This document shows positions 6,020 to 14,578 of a DNA stretch of 32,000 nucleotides, piece after piece. The stretch is from the NCBI GenBank assembly GCA_001761425.1, contig CP012986.1, positions 1,020,001 through 1,052,000 on the forward strand. The letters are read 5' to 3'. Made by a program: the position numbers and the translations under genes. The notes under the pieces are model-generated. The model was not told where the DNA came from. It was given only the letters and a program-made list of their open reading frames with translations, and did not search any database. Origin of the DNA: Candidatus Saccharimonadota bacterium (GTDB lineage Archaea; Nanohalarchaeota; Nanosalinia; Nanosalinales; Nanosalinaceae). Every line of letters begins with the position of its first letter. The stretch's first letter is position 1.

Positions 6020-8743
6020 ATGAGCGACGACGATGATAGTGGCTCAGGAGCAATGGGCAAGCTGGTAAAATACGCTCTGATACTTGGAATAAGTGTAATC
6101 TTTCCCTTCTTCCTCCCTATCTACATTTTCTGGAAATACATCAAATTATGCGTCAAATTCTACTTTAAGGCCCTCTATCTGATTATCAGATTCCCAATAT
6201 GGCTTTTCATCCAGCTCCCACTACACTACCTAGGCGTAAGTATGCACAAGATATCAGAGGCCTTCAGCGATGCATACGGCGTAATAATGACTAAAAAGAA
6301 GAGATACGGTCTTCTCTTCGGAATACTGTTCTTCTTGATGCTACAGGCATTCCTCCCAAGAAATGTAGACGCAGTTATCTCTTTCCTAACACAGGGAACA
6401 TTCATAGTCCCTCTAATCGTACTTATACCGTTCTTCATAACGTTCATGGTAGCACTTGTCTCCTCACACTTCGGTACACCCAACATAGCCAGAAAAGATA
6501 GGCCAGGCGGTCTTGACACGGGGATGAAGAGTGGAGCCGCAGCGGGAGCGACAGCAGCAGCTATGGCAGGTCAAGCAGGTATGAAGGCCTACAATAACAA
6601 AGAAGAGATAGAGGCTGCGGGAAAAGCAGCTAAAAGCATGGGTGAGAGCGTAATGGCTGAAGATATGACAGTGGTTCTGGCCGATATGCCTTTCATTGGA
6701 AGTATGGTTGGAAGCGGGGCGGCAGCCGGCGGAGGAGCCGCAGCAGGTGGTGGAGCAGCAGGAGCTACTGCTGCCACAGGAGGAACGGCACTTGCTGTAA
6801 TCTTGGCAGCTCTTTTACTGGCATTTTTAGGATTCATTGTTATCTCTATTATACTGACAGCGATTTTGTGGAGCACTTTGATGTGGTTTACATCCTTCCT
6901 TGCTCCATTAATGAGTCCGATACTTGGAGCTATTGGCCTAGGTCAGGCCTATGGTGACTGGATTGGCTCAGAGGTCGCGAACAACTTCCTGCCTCAGGTT
7001 GATCTTACAGCAGAGAGAAGAATGATTGAGCAGGCAGGGGCGAAGATAGGATGTGCACTTCAGGGACCTGCTTGTTTGAGGCAGTGGAGATTGAACAATA
7101 CGGCAAGGCCTGGCTCCAAAGACGTAGGTGAGGAGTACAAGCTCCAGGTTGAGGAGTTCTCCATAGGAGGTCAGGGCGGTGTTGACATCGCTTACAAGAA
7201 ACCAAGCTATGAGGTTCCGGTCTCTTTCCTCCTGCTGAACACACGTCACGGACTGAAAGGTATCGATGCCAACAGAGTCAAGTGGCGGGTGAGGATCGGT
7301 GATGCTGATAGAACAGGTAAGAAGTCGTACTGCAGCACTGACTGGAAAGGAGTTAATGGCACTGTAGGAGGCGAAGGTACAATACTACCAGGTACCTCTT
7401 TCAGTCCAAGGCTAAATGACCTTGAAAATCTTACGCTGAAGGAGTGTGAGATGCTTCACCCAGCTCTAGGGCATGATTATACCGGAGAGCTTGATGTGAA
7501 GTATAAATACTCATCACAGTCCACGCTCTACGTGAGAGCGATGTCAAGACAGAACATGAGAGATGAGGAGATTACTCCGGAGTTCAAGAAATCGGAGACA
7601 GCAGATACTCCTGTCGAGACATTCATCAATGTTAAAGAGCCTATAACCTACGTTGAGGAGGAGAACACCGCAGATGGTGAAGGGAGAAGTATACCGTTCA
7701 CGGTAAAGGTAGGAACCAATACTGATCTGTACGATGTCGAGTACAAGGTTGATGCTGATGACTTCCAGGTAATTGACTCTTCGAGAACAGAACATCAGAA
7801 CGAATCTTGTATAGGCCTGAGTCCGAACAACGGTAATGGAGAGAACGTCTATGGGCTATCCGACAGGACTCAGGAAAGGATGGAACTAAGTATAGATCCT
7901 GATGATACCAGCACGTGGTATTACAAAGGGAACAATCCTACACCGGCCAGATGTACGTTTGAACTCAAGGATAGAGGCCTGATCAGTGCCACCGGAGAGA
8001 CCTTGACGATGAGAGTGGACGCCAACTACACTGTTGTAATTGAGGAGACTTCAGATCCTTTCGAGGTCAGAAACACAATGTGTGCTGAGGGTATTAACTG
8101 TCCAATACTCTTCCAGATAAAGGCTGATGAGTTCTCAACCTTGTTGGACGAGGGGTTCCCTCCAGAGGATAAATGGGATCAGGAAGACACTGATCCTATT
8201 TTGAGTAAACCTTACGCAAACTACAACAATGCAACATGTAAGGGTATAGACGCAAGAAGCGGATGCACCGCTGTACCGAAGTACCAGTACAGAAGTCCTT
8301 ATTCAGAATCCAATAAGACTGATATAGAGGATGACGAGATAGCGGTTGAATGGAACCAGAACACCGCACAGACAGGTAAGCTCTTCAGCTGCGGACTCAG
8401 AAACGCTGATGGAAACGATGGAAACTTTAGCCAGGAAGCGGTAGGAATACCTATAGACGACATAGAGGAAGTGAAAGGGACCAACAGCCACGTCTTCGAG
8501 ATGAAAGATGGAGATCTAGAAGTGAAGGAATACGAACAGGAGATTTCGATAGATGCTCTCCCTATAGTTCCTAATTGGCTTGTTGACACAGAATATACGG
8601 AAACTAAGACAGCAACAGGATGTAGAGAAGGTAAACCCATATATGAAGTCAACTGTGCAAACATAGATGCAAGCGACGTTGATAGCTTGACTGAAGCACG
8701 TACACTGTTCGTGAGCGTAGTTGGCTCCTGCACAAAATCATAG
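6020..8743 (+). CDS. Hypothetical 907-aa polytopic membrane protein with Gly/Ala-rich loops and a large Cys-rich extracytoplasmic C-terminal region
   Basis: The start directly follows the upstream stop (TAG ATG). There are several N-terminal TM segments. GAAAGGGAAAGGGAAGATAATGG lies at about 6711-6790. The C-terminal ~550 aa carries about 16 Cys and blocks ending in xYxY beta-strand motifs (LDVKYKYSS, VDANYTVVIE), like the downstream lipoproteins. Confidence 0.7.
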   Translation: MSDDDDSGSGAMGKLVKYALILGISVIFPFFLPIYIFWKYIKLCVKFYFKALYLIIRFPIWLFIQLPLHYLGVSMHKISEAFSDAYGVIMTKKKRYGLLFGILFFLMLQAFLPRNVDAVISFLTQGTFIVPLIVLIPFFITFMVALVSSHFGTPNIARKDRPGGLDTGMKSGAAAGATAAAMAGQAGMKAYNNKEEIEAAGKAAKSMGESVMAEDMTVVLADMPFIGSMVGSGAAAGGGAAAGGGAAGATAATGGTALAVILAALLLAFLGFIVISIILTAILWSTLMWFTSFLAPLMSPILGAIGLGQAYGDWIGSEVANNFLPQVDLTAERRMIEQAGAKIGCALQGPACLRQWRLNNTARPGSKDVGEEYKLQVEEFSIGGQGGVDIAYKKPSYEVPVSFLLLNTRHGLKGIDANRVKWRVRIGDADRTGKKSYCSTDWKGVNGTVGGEGTILPGTSFSPRLNDLENLTLKECEMLHPALGHDYTGELDVKYKYSSQSTLYVRAMSRQNMRDEEITPEFKKSETADTPVETFINVKEPITYVEEENTADGEGRSIPFTVKVGTNTDLYDVEYKVDADDFQVIDSSRTEHQNESCIGLSPNNGNGENVYGLSDRTQERMELSIDPDDTSTWYYKGNNPTPARCTFELKDRGLISATGETLTMRVDANYTVVIEETSDPFEVRNTMCAEGINCPILFQIKADEFSTLLDEGFPPEDKWDQEDTDPILSKPYANYNNATCKGIDARSGCTAVPKYQYRSPYSESNKTDIEDDEIAVEWNQNTAQTGKLFSCGLRNADGNDGNFSQEAVGIPIDDIEEVKGTNSHVFEMKDGDLEVKEYEQEISIDALPIVPNWLVDTEYTETKTATGCREGKPIYEVNCANIDASDVDSLTEARTLFVSVVGSCTKS

Positions 8744-9448
8744 TAGAAGAAGGAAGTAGTTCCTCAAGCCAAGCACAAGTCCATAGACACCTATCATGAA
8801 CAGGACTTCTCTGGAGATATCTCCTTCAACTTCTCTTTCTATATACAGAGCGACGGGCACAATTACCAAGGCCTTCATGACAAAGATCCCGTATTCACCA
8901 AGGAACTCTATGAAAAACTGGGCCAAGGCCCTCGACTCACTGAGGCCTCGTTCCAGCGCTTTCACTGTGGATGCAGCGTCCAGGAAATGTGTAAGGACGG
9001 GAAAGAGGTAAAGACTTGTCTTCCTTTTCCCGATTATTAAGTGGATCAGATAGAATGGTAGGAATACTGCGACTGCGAGGCCTGTTATCTGGATGAAGAG
9101 AGGTATATCTGGTTTTAATCCTGTGATTTTCCATAAAGCGGTGATAGCTGTCAGGCCTGTTACTGCCTCGAAGAGGTAGGCCTTTCTCTGTCTGTACACG
9201 TGCGTGATTATGAATGTTAGGAGGGTTATCGCTGTCAGTGTGGCTGTGATGCTGGCTGCTACTGCTTTCTGTGCTGCTATGTTAGCTGAGGTGAGTGATA
9301 TGAGAATTATGTAGGGTATTAGAACCGCAGTGAAGTATCTGTTGATGCTGTGGACCTGTTTTTTTCTTCTTTTCTTTATTGTGTAGGATGTAAGGAGTAT
9401 GGTGTAAGCCAGTATTATGGAGTCGAGAGCTATGTTGGTTGCTGTCAT
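8738..9448 (-). CDS. Hypothetical polytopic membrane protein (6-7 TM; possibly DUF63-like)
   Basis: 236 aa, almost entirely hydrophobic helices. The motif THFLDAASTVKALERG resembles archaeal DUF63 proteins from memory only. It is encoded antisense to the surrounding operon, and its stop overlaps the upstream gene end. Confidence 0.55.
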   Translation of the reverse strand: MTATNIALDSIILAYTILLTSYTIKKRRKKQVHSINRYFTAVLIPYIILISLTSANIAAQKAVAASITATLTAITLLTFIITHVYRQRKAYLFEAVTGLTAITALWKITGLKPDIPLFIQITGLAVAVFLPFYLIHLIIGKRKTSLYLFPVLTHFLDAASTVKALERGLSESRALAQFFIEFLGEYGIFVMKALVIVPVALYIEREVEGDISREVLFMIGVYGLVLGLRNYFLLLL

Positions 9449-9519
9449 TGGTTTGGAAGGCCTCTTTGAGGTTTTGAAAGTATAAGTCTTTTAACCGAGG
9501 GATTCCTATATTACTTATC

Positions 9520-10506
9520 ATGGATCAGAAGTATCTATTTTTGACCGTGCTCGCGGCTACACTGGTTTCTTCTGGCTGTATCGGTGGCGGAGGAAATGGT
9601 GATGGAGGCCTGAATATAGGGCCTGGTGGTAAAACTATCACTGTTACTAATTTTGAGGTTCAGCCTTCTGAGATAAGAGCTGGTTCAACGACGCAGATCC
9701 GTCTTGGTATCGTTAATACGGGAGGTATGTCTTCAAATGTTACTATTGCGTCGAATAAAAGTTCTGAGAATCTGGGGCGTGGTGTCTTGATCAATAGCTG
9801 TCCTGACATCTTTGGAATAAAGGATTTCGATGCTTACAGCAGCAGGAATCCTGATCCTGCGGAGGAATACTATCTTGAACCGGGAAACGAGCTTGAGATA
9901 TCCTGGAGTCTGAAGAATGACAATGAGGATATCCCTCTGAACGGTTACACCTGTCCGATCCGCATGCAGATCCCATTCGATTACGGGGTTTCAGCTTATC
10001 AGCAGCTTGAGGTGAAGGAGAATCAGGAGACTCAGGGAGCTACAACTCTGGAGAGCAAGACATCTGAAGGGCCTTTGAACATCCATCTTGAGACTATCGG
10101 AAGCACGGCGGATCAGGGGCCTCCAAAGTTCATCGAGGGCGATAACAAGGAGGTTCTCGTTCAGCTTGAGAACACGGCTCCAGAAGAAAGTTCATATCAG
10201 GGACTCGTTGATCTGGATTCACCGAGGATCGAGTCTTCTGAGAACTACATGATAAACTCGACTTCCTGCAACATGGAAACGACAGCAGGCGGAGGCCTTG
10301 TTGATAGTCTGAAGATTGATAGAACTCTCAGACTTTACGAAGGCCAGTCAAGAGTAATACGGTGTGGAATCGAGCTCTTGGATAATCTTGAGGAAGACGG
10401 CGAGATATCTCAGCCAAGCATAAGAGGGCAGGTCACCGCTCATGCGAACTACACTTACATAAAGGACCTTGGGGAAAGAGAAATTGAGGTGAAATACCGT
10501 GGATAA
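9520..10506 (+). CDS. Putative secreted lipoprotein, two CARDB-like beta-sandwich domains (paralogue 1 of 3)
   Basis: Signal plus lipobox: LAATLVSSGC followed by a Gly-rich tether. VTNFEVQPSEIRAGSTTQIRLGIVNTGG is a CARDB-like first strand pattern. Domain ends are FDYGVSAYQQLEV and ANYTYIKDLGEREIEV. Confidence 0.7.
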   Translation: MDQKYLFLTVLAATLVSSGCIGGGGNGDGGLNIGPGGKTITVTNFEVQPSEIRAGSTTQIRLGIVNTGGMSSNVTIASNKSSENLGRGVLINSCPDIFGIKDFDAYSSRNPDPAEEYYLEPGNELEISWSLKNDNEDIPLNGYTCPIRMQIPFDYGVSAYQQLEVKENQETQGATTLESKTSEGPLNIHLETIGSTADQGPPKFIEGDNKEVLVQLENTAPEESSYQGLVDLDSPRIESSENYMINSTSCNMETTAGGGLVDSLKIDRTLRLYEGQSRVIRCGIELLDNLEEDGEISQPSIRGQVTAHANYTYIKDLGEREIEVKYRG

Positions 10507-11338
10507 GAAGATCCTAGGATTTTTACTTGTGATAATCGTCGCATCGGGATGTACAGGACCAAACTCTAACGGAGATTCAGATGAAGATGAGGGTCCTGAA
10601 CTGGCTTCAGATAGAGGCCTTCAGATAAAGGCATTTAGAAGTACTGATGAGACTTTGAGGCCTTCTCAGCCTGCTGTACTGAATCTTGTATTGAAGAATT
10701 ACCATACTGAGGATTTCAGCATTGAGGAGATCAGTATCTATAATGAAGGAGACTTGACTGTTGAGAATAAGTCCTGTACTCCTGAAATCGGTGAGTTAGG
10801 CCTTGCTTCCGGTAGTAGTTATCCTGAGATGCAGTGTCAGTGGGATATGGAGGCTCCTCCGGAGAGCTATTATGATAATTTTGATTCAAAGCCTGCTTCT
10901 GTAAATCTGCATCTTGAGTATGAATCAAGTTTGACTAATGAGGAACCGTTTAAGGTTGAGTTCAAGCCTCTTGATGAGATCAATGCATCTTCCGATATTT
11001 CGAAGACTTTCAGTAACAGTGAGATCAGTATGAGTGTGGAGACTGAGGATCCTGTTCCCAGGGAGTCCGGGAGGACTGTAGAGGTTTCTGCTAAGGAGAT
11101 TGGGCAGGGGCGTCTGGCCTCTGATAGTTCCTATGAATTTGATTTCGTTCCTGACAGTATCTTTGGTGATGACTGCGACCGTGAGGAATCGCCTGTTGTA
11201 GGTAACGAGGTTGAGTTCAGTTGCGGTATAGGTCAGAGCGGAGAGGTTCAGGAAGGTACCAGAAACCTTGTTTTCTCCACATATTATAAATACGTCAAAG
11301 AACCAATTTTGAACGTTAAGCTCGTGAACAATCAATGA
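10499..11338 (+). CDS. Putative secreted lipoprotein (paralogue 2 of 3)
   Basis: Lipobox LLVIIVASGC plus an acidic tether. LQIKAFRS...PAVLNLVLKN matches the paralogue pattern. Domain ends are LHLEYESSL and STYYKYVKEPILNV. It overlaps the upstream gene by 8 nt. Confidence 0.7.
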   Translation: MDKKILGFLLVIIVASGCTGPNSNGDSDEDEGPELASDRGLQIKAFRSTDETLRPSQPAVLNLVLKNYHTEDFSIEEISIYNEGDLTVENKSCTPEIGELGLASGSSYPEMQCQWDMEAPPESYYDNFDSKPASVNLHLEYESSLTNEEPFKVEFKPLDEINASSDISKTFSNSEISMSVETEDPVPRESGRTVEVSAKEIGQGRLASDSSYEFDFVPDSIFGDDCDREESPVVGNEVEFSCGIGQSGEVQEGTRNLVFSTYYKYVKEPILNVKLVNNQ

Positions 11339-12345
11339 AATTTAACCAGAAACACACTTTGATGGCTCTTGTTACGCTTACTTTAATCGCATCAGGATGT
11401 ACTGGAGGAGGAGAGGACCCAAACGACGAAGCAGCCGGTTCGAATCCTATCCAGGCCACCAGTTTTACAGCTTCGCCTAATCCGGCACCTAACGGGAACA
11501 AAGTGACTTTCACGTTAGAGCTGGCCAATAACGGTAACATCGACGCTGAGAATGTTGTCGGTAAGCTCTGGAACCCTCCATTCGGAGAAGGAGACCGTGT
11601 ATGGAGCGATGCAGATAATGGAGGAGTCAGTGTTTCAGACAGAAGCTTCAGTTTCGGAACCCTTCAGGGACAGGAAGAAGGGGTCGAGACCTTCGCCAAA
11701 CCAAAGACATTGAGATTAACAGCTCCTACCCTAGATGAGGGACAGTCCTTCCCTTACAACTTCAAGGTAGAATATGCCTACAAGTACAGTACTAACGGAG
11801 AGACAACGATTACAGTAATGGAAAGCGACCAGTACAGAGAATCAGGAGGAGAAAAATCCAGAACAGTAAATATTGATCACAACAGCGCACCAATATCTCT
11901 GGAAGGACAGCTACTTTCTGGAAACCCAATCGTCTACTACGATGGAGATGAACCACCTAAGGAACCTGAGTTCTGCGTCGTAGTCAGCAATGATGGGGGA
12001 GGAACAGTGTTCTCCAACCCAACAGGTAATAATGTCTGGACTCCAAACGGCGATGACACAGGAGAATACACGTACGGGAACAACAAGAACATGGTCGACC
12101 TCACAGTCGAAAGCGTAGGAAGCACAGGAGTCAGAGATCCTGATGATCAAGGATCCTCTTACAGTAGTACCGCAAGCGACACAGTAGAGCTTATCAGCGG
12201 CGACGAAGCCAGAAAATGCTTCCAGCTTAGAGTAGGAAGCCTTGCAAATGCGGGAAGTCAGATGGAGATCGGACCGATCAACATCAACGCAGAATACGGC
12301 TACGCAGAGAACACAGGAACACAGGTCACAGTCAACTCAAGATAA
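11335..12345 (+). CDS. Putative secreted lipoprotein (paralogue 3 of 3)
   Basis: Lipobox LTLIASGC plus tether. IQATSFTASPNPAPNGNKVTFTLELANNG matches the paralogue pattern. Domain ends are FKVEYAYKYS and INAEYGYAENTGTQVTV. It overlaps the upstream gene by 4 nt. Confidence 0.7.
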   Translation: MKFNQKHTLMALVTLTLIASGCTGGGEDPNDEAAGSNPIQATSFTASPNPAPNGNKVTFTLELANNGNIDAENVVGKLWNPPFGEGDRVWSDADNGGVSVSDRSFSFGTLQGQEEGVETFAKPKTLRLTAPTLDEGQSFPYNFKVEYAYKYSTNGETTITVMESDQYRESGGEKSRTVNIDHNSAPISLEGQLLSGNPIVYYDGDEPPKEPEFCVVVSNDGGGTVFSNPTGNNVWTPNGDDTGEYTYGNNKNMVDLTVESVGSTGVRDPDDQGSSYSSTASDTVELISGDEARKCFQLRVGSLANAGSQMEIGPININAEYGYAENTGTQVTVNSR

Positions 12346-12385
12346 AAAAAGGCCTCATATCCTTCTTTTCCTCTTTTTCCCTATA
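12346..12385 (+). terminator. Candidate 3'-end/terminator region: A7-GGCCT followed by pyrimidine/T-rich tract
   Basis: TAAAAAAAGGCCT (12343-12355, includes the stop codon) is followed by CATATCCTTCTTTTCCTCTTTTTCCC. Confidence 0.4.
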
Positions 12386-12639
12386 GTTCATCAAAGACTC
12401 TTCCAAAAGAGATTTTAACCCCGCATTCTTTCACAAACCTTAGTGCAGAAGCATCTTAAAACTTCTAGAGATTACTGAAAACTTCATTGACTTATTTGAT
12501 AGTTCACAGCTTCCTAAAATCTCTGGGAGACGAGAAGAAAGGAGATAGGTCTTGAAGACAGGACTTAGCATGATCAGTCAAGAGTTTTTGTGAAAATGTT
12601 TTTCAGAAGATGTAGACTTCTGGTTAGAAGGTGTAAGAT

Positions 12640-12679
12640 GTGAAAGATGAAGAAGAAAGGAAGAATGGAAGGCCTTTTT
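12640..12679 (-). terminator. Candidate 3'-end/terminator region of the 586-aa gene, mirror image of 12346-12385
   Basis: On the minus strand the gene ends with the identical 13-mer TAAAAAAAGGCCT (12670-12682), followed by TCCATTCTTCCTTTCTTCTTCATCTTTC. Confidence 0.4.
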
Positions 12680-14440
12680 TTACCATTCCCAGTAGAGGAT
12701 TGCTGCGGTGAGGATTAGGCCTGTGATGATTGCTAGTGCTGCTCTGATGACTGTGTTCTGTCCCTGGATCTGGTTGATCAGGCTGTTGGCTGTGTCTGTG
12801 AATGCTCCTGTGATTGCTCCTCCTGCTTCTTGTTCGTCGCTTTTCATTGCTTCTTCGATGTCTTCTCCTACGACGAGTTTGACTGTCTTGGATTGTTTGA
12901 CTTGTTCTCCTACTGCTGTTGCTGTGATTTCTACTTCTCCTCGTTTCTGGTATGGGATTCCTGCATAGATGTCTGCGTAGCCTGTTTCTCCTGGGTTGAC
13001 TGTGATTGTTCTTTCGTTGTCGTCGTTTTCTCTGTCTTTGATGTCGATCCAGGATGGTCCTTCGTAGCTGAGTTCGTAGGTATTTTGCTGTGTTCCTGTG
13101 TTCTGAAGTCTTACTTCGTAGACCTGGCTTCTGTTCTCTCCTGCGCTTGCTACTTCAGGGATGATGTTCATCTGCAGGTCATAGCAGTTCTCTACGTTGA
13201 ATGTTCCTGATACTGTGTCACTTGGTTCTCCGAAGGTGGAGGCTGTTGATGTGATCTGGTAGTTGACCTGTGAGGCCTCGTCTCCGGTGCTGTAGCTGAG
13301 GTTGAGTTGTTCTGATGCTCTTGGTCTGAGTGTTACTTCTTCCTGTGAAAGGTTTCCTCTTGTTGTCTGCAGCTCGAAGGTTTCCGTTGCTTCTCCAGTG
13401 TTTTCTACGTTTACTGGTGTTTCTGTTTCTGTGTTTTCACAAGTATTTACTTCCTGCTGTGGTACAGAGATCTCTGATTCCATTCCGTTGTAAACTGTTG
13501 CGGAAGCTGTTGCTGTCGTTGTTATTTCTGATTCTGCTGTGATCTGTACCTGTTGTTCGCCGAGTTCTTCCGGCGTGAACTCGAGTGAAGTAGTCGCTGA
13601 GGAGTCTGCAGGGATCTGGAGTGTTGTGTTCTGTAGCTGTCCCTGGCTTGTCTGGAGTACGAACTCGTCTGACCGTGTTCCTGTGTTCCTGACTGTAATG
13701 TCGTACTCTGCTGTTGCTCCTGAGGCTACTCTCTGGCTTTCAGGGTTGACCACTACTTCTGAGGAGTAGCAGGTCTCTGCCTGGAAGTTAACGCTCTTGA
13801 TGGACTGTGCGTAGCTTGTTGTTGAAGCTGTTACGACGTTGAACGATTCTTCTCTTTCCTGCTCTGAGGAGACGTAGAGTTCGACCGTCTGTGTCTCCTG
13901 ATCTTCAAGAGTTACCTCGTTCTGTGAGAACTCTCCGACTGGAGATGTAAGTTCGAACGTTTCCTTCTGAAGGCCTTCATTCGTCAGTTCTACCTGGTAG
14001 GTTGCTCTTTCGCCGAGGCAGACTGATCCTGGTTCCTGTACGTTCATGGAGACATCATGCTCCCGGATAACATTGACAAAGCCCTGAGCCGAGTAAGTAT
14101 TTCCGTTAGCTCTTGATTTGGCGTTTATGTCAAAACTGTATCTTCCTGCTTCTTTCTGACTGTCCGGGTTGTACCAGATGTTCACTACCTCAGATTCTCC
14201 TGGTTCAAGTTCCACCTGTCGAGGTGCGATATCGATAGAAGCTGTATCAGAAGAGGTCAGAGAATAAACATCTTCAACCGGCCCTGTATTTTCCACAGTG
14301 ACCTCATAAGACGTGAAAGAATCAATTCTTGTGCTGGACTCCTGAGGGAACAGGGTAACTTCCGCAGGACTGGCAGCAGTCAAAGTCACTGAAAGTGTTA
14401 GTAGAGTTGAAAGTATTACGAGTTTAGATGAGCTATTCAT
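12680..14440 (-). CDS. Secreted repeat protein with five CARDB/NEW3-like domains and a C-terminal TM anchor (S-layer/surface-array candidate)
   Basis: The signal peptide is KLVILSTLLTLSVTLTAASPA. Five repeats carry the motif YxVxVxNTG...xFxLxxxxG (YEVTVENTG, YQVELTNEG, YDITVRNTG, VNVENTG, YEVRLQNTG). The C-terminal TM is IRAALAIITGLILTAAILYW. A GGTGA Shine-Dalgarno-like motif lies at 14450-14454. Confidence 0.75.
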   Translation of the reverse strand: MNSSSKLVILSTLLTLSVTLTAASPAEVTLFPQESSTRIDSFTSYEVTVENTGPVEDVYSLTSSDTASIDIAPRQVELEPGESEVVNIWYNPDSQKEAGRYSFDINAKSRANGNTYSAQGFVNVIREHDVSMNVQEPGSVCLGERATYQVELTNEGLQKETFELTSPVGEFSQNEVTLEDQETQTVELYVSSEQEREESFNVVTASTTSYAQSIKSVNFQAETCYSSEVVVNPESQRVASGATAEYDITVRNTGTRSDEFVLQTSQGQLQNTTLQIPADSSATTSLEFTPEELGEQQVQITAESEITTTATASATVYNGMESEISVPQQEVNTCENTETETPVNVENTGEATETFELQTTRGNLSQEEVTLRPRASEQLNLSYSTGDEASQVNYQITSTASTFGEPSDTVSGTFNVENCYDLQMNIIPEVASAGENRSQVYEVRLQNTGTQQNTYELSYEGPSWIDIKDRENDDNERTITVNPGETGYADIYAGIPYQKRGEVEITATAVGEQVKQSKTVKLVVGEDIEEAMKSDEQEAGGAITGAFTDTANSLINQIQGQNTVIRAALAIITGLILTAAILYWEW

Positions 14441-14499
14441 GCTGAATTGTCACCATATAATAACACTCTAACCAAATCTTTTATATTAGTCGATAGTGA

Positions 14500-14578
14500 C
14501 AAAAGAAATCGACTTCCTTCCAGTGAAAAAAGGCCTTTCGTTATGAAGATAGGAAGATATGAGGAGAGAAAAGAAGGT
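14500..14578 (-). terminator. Candidate terminator/3' region of the giant gene
   Basis: The minus-strand sequence after the stop is CCTTCTTTTCTCTCCTCATATCTTCCTATCTTC...GAAAGGCCTTTTTTC. It shares the words CCTTCTTTTC and CCTCATATC with the 12346-12385 region and ends in a T6 run. Confidence 0.4.

Noticed and set aside
8299-8733. 144-aa minus-strand ORF, and the other antisense or alternative-frame ORFs inside the 4877-12345 genes: 5207-5431, 6226-7249, 7544-7795, 8303-8491, 9791-9976, 10731-11540, 11911-12150
   Set aside because: They are antisense to, or out of frame with, longer ORFs that have signal peptides and repeat structure. They have no independent start signals and a shadow-type composition.
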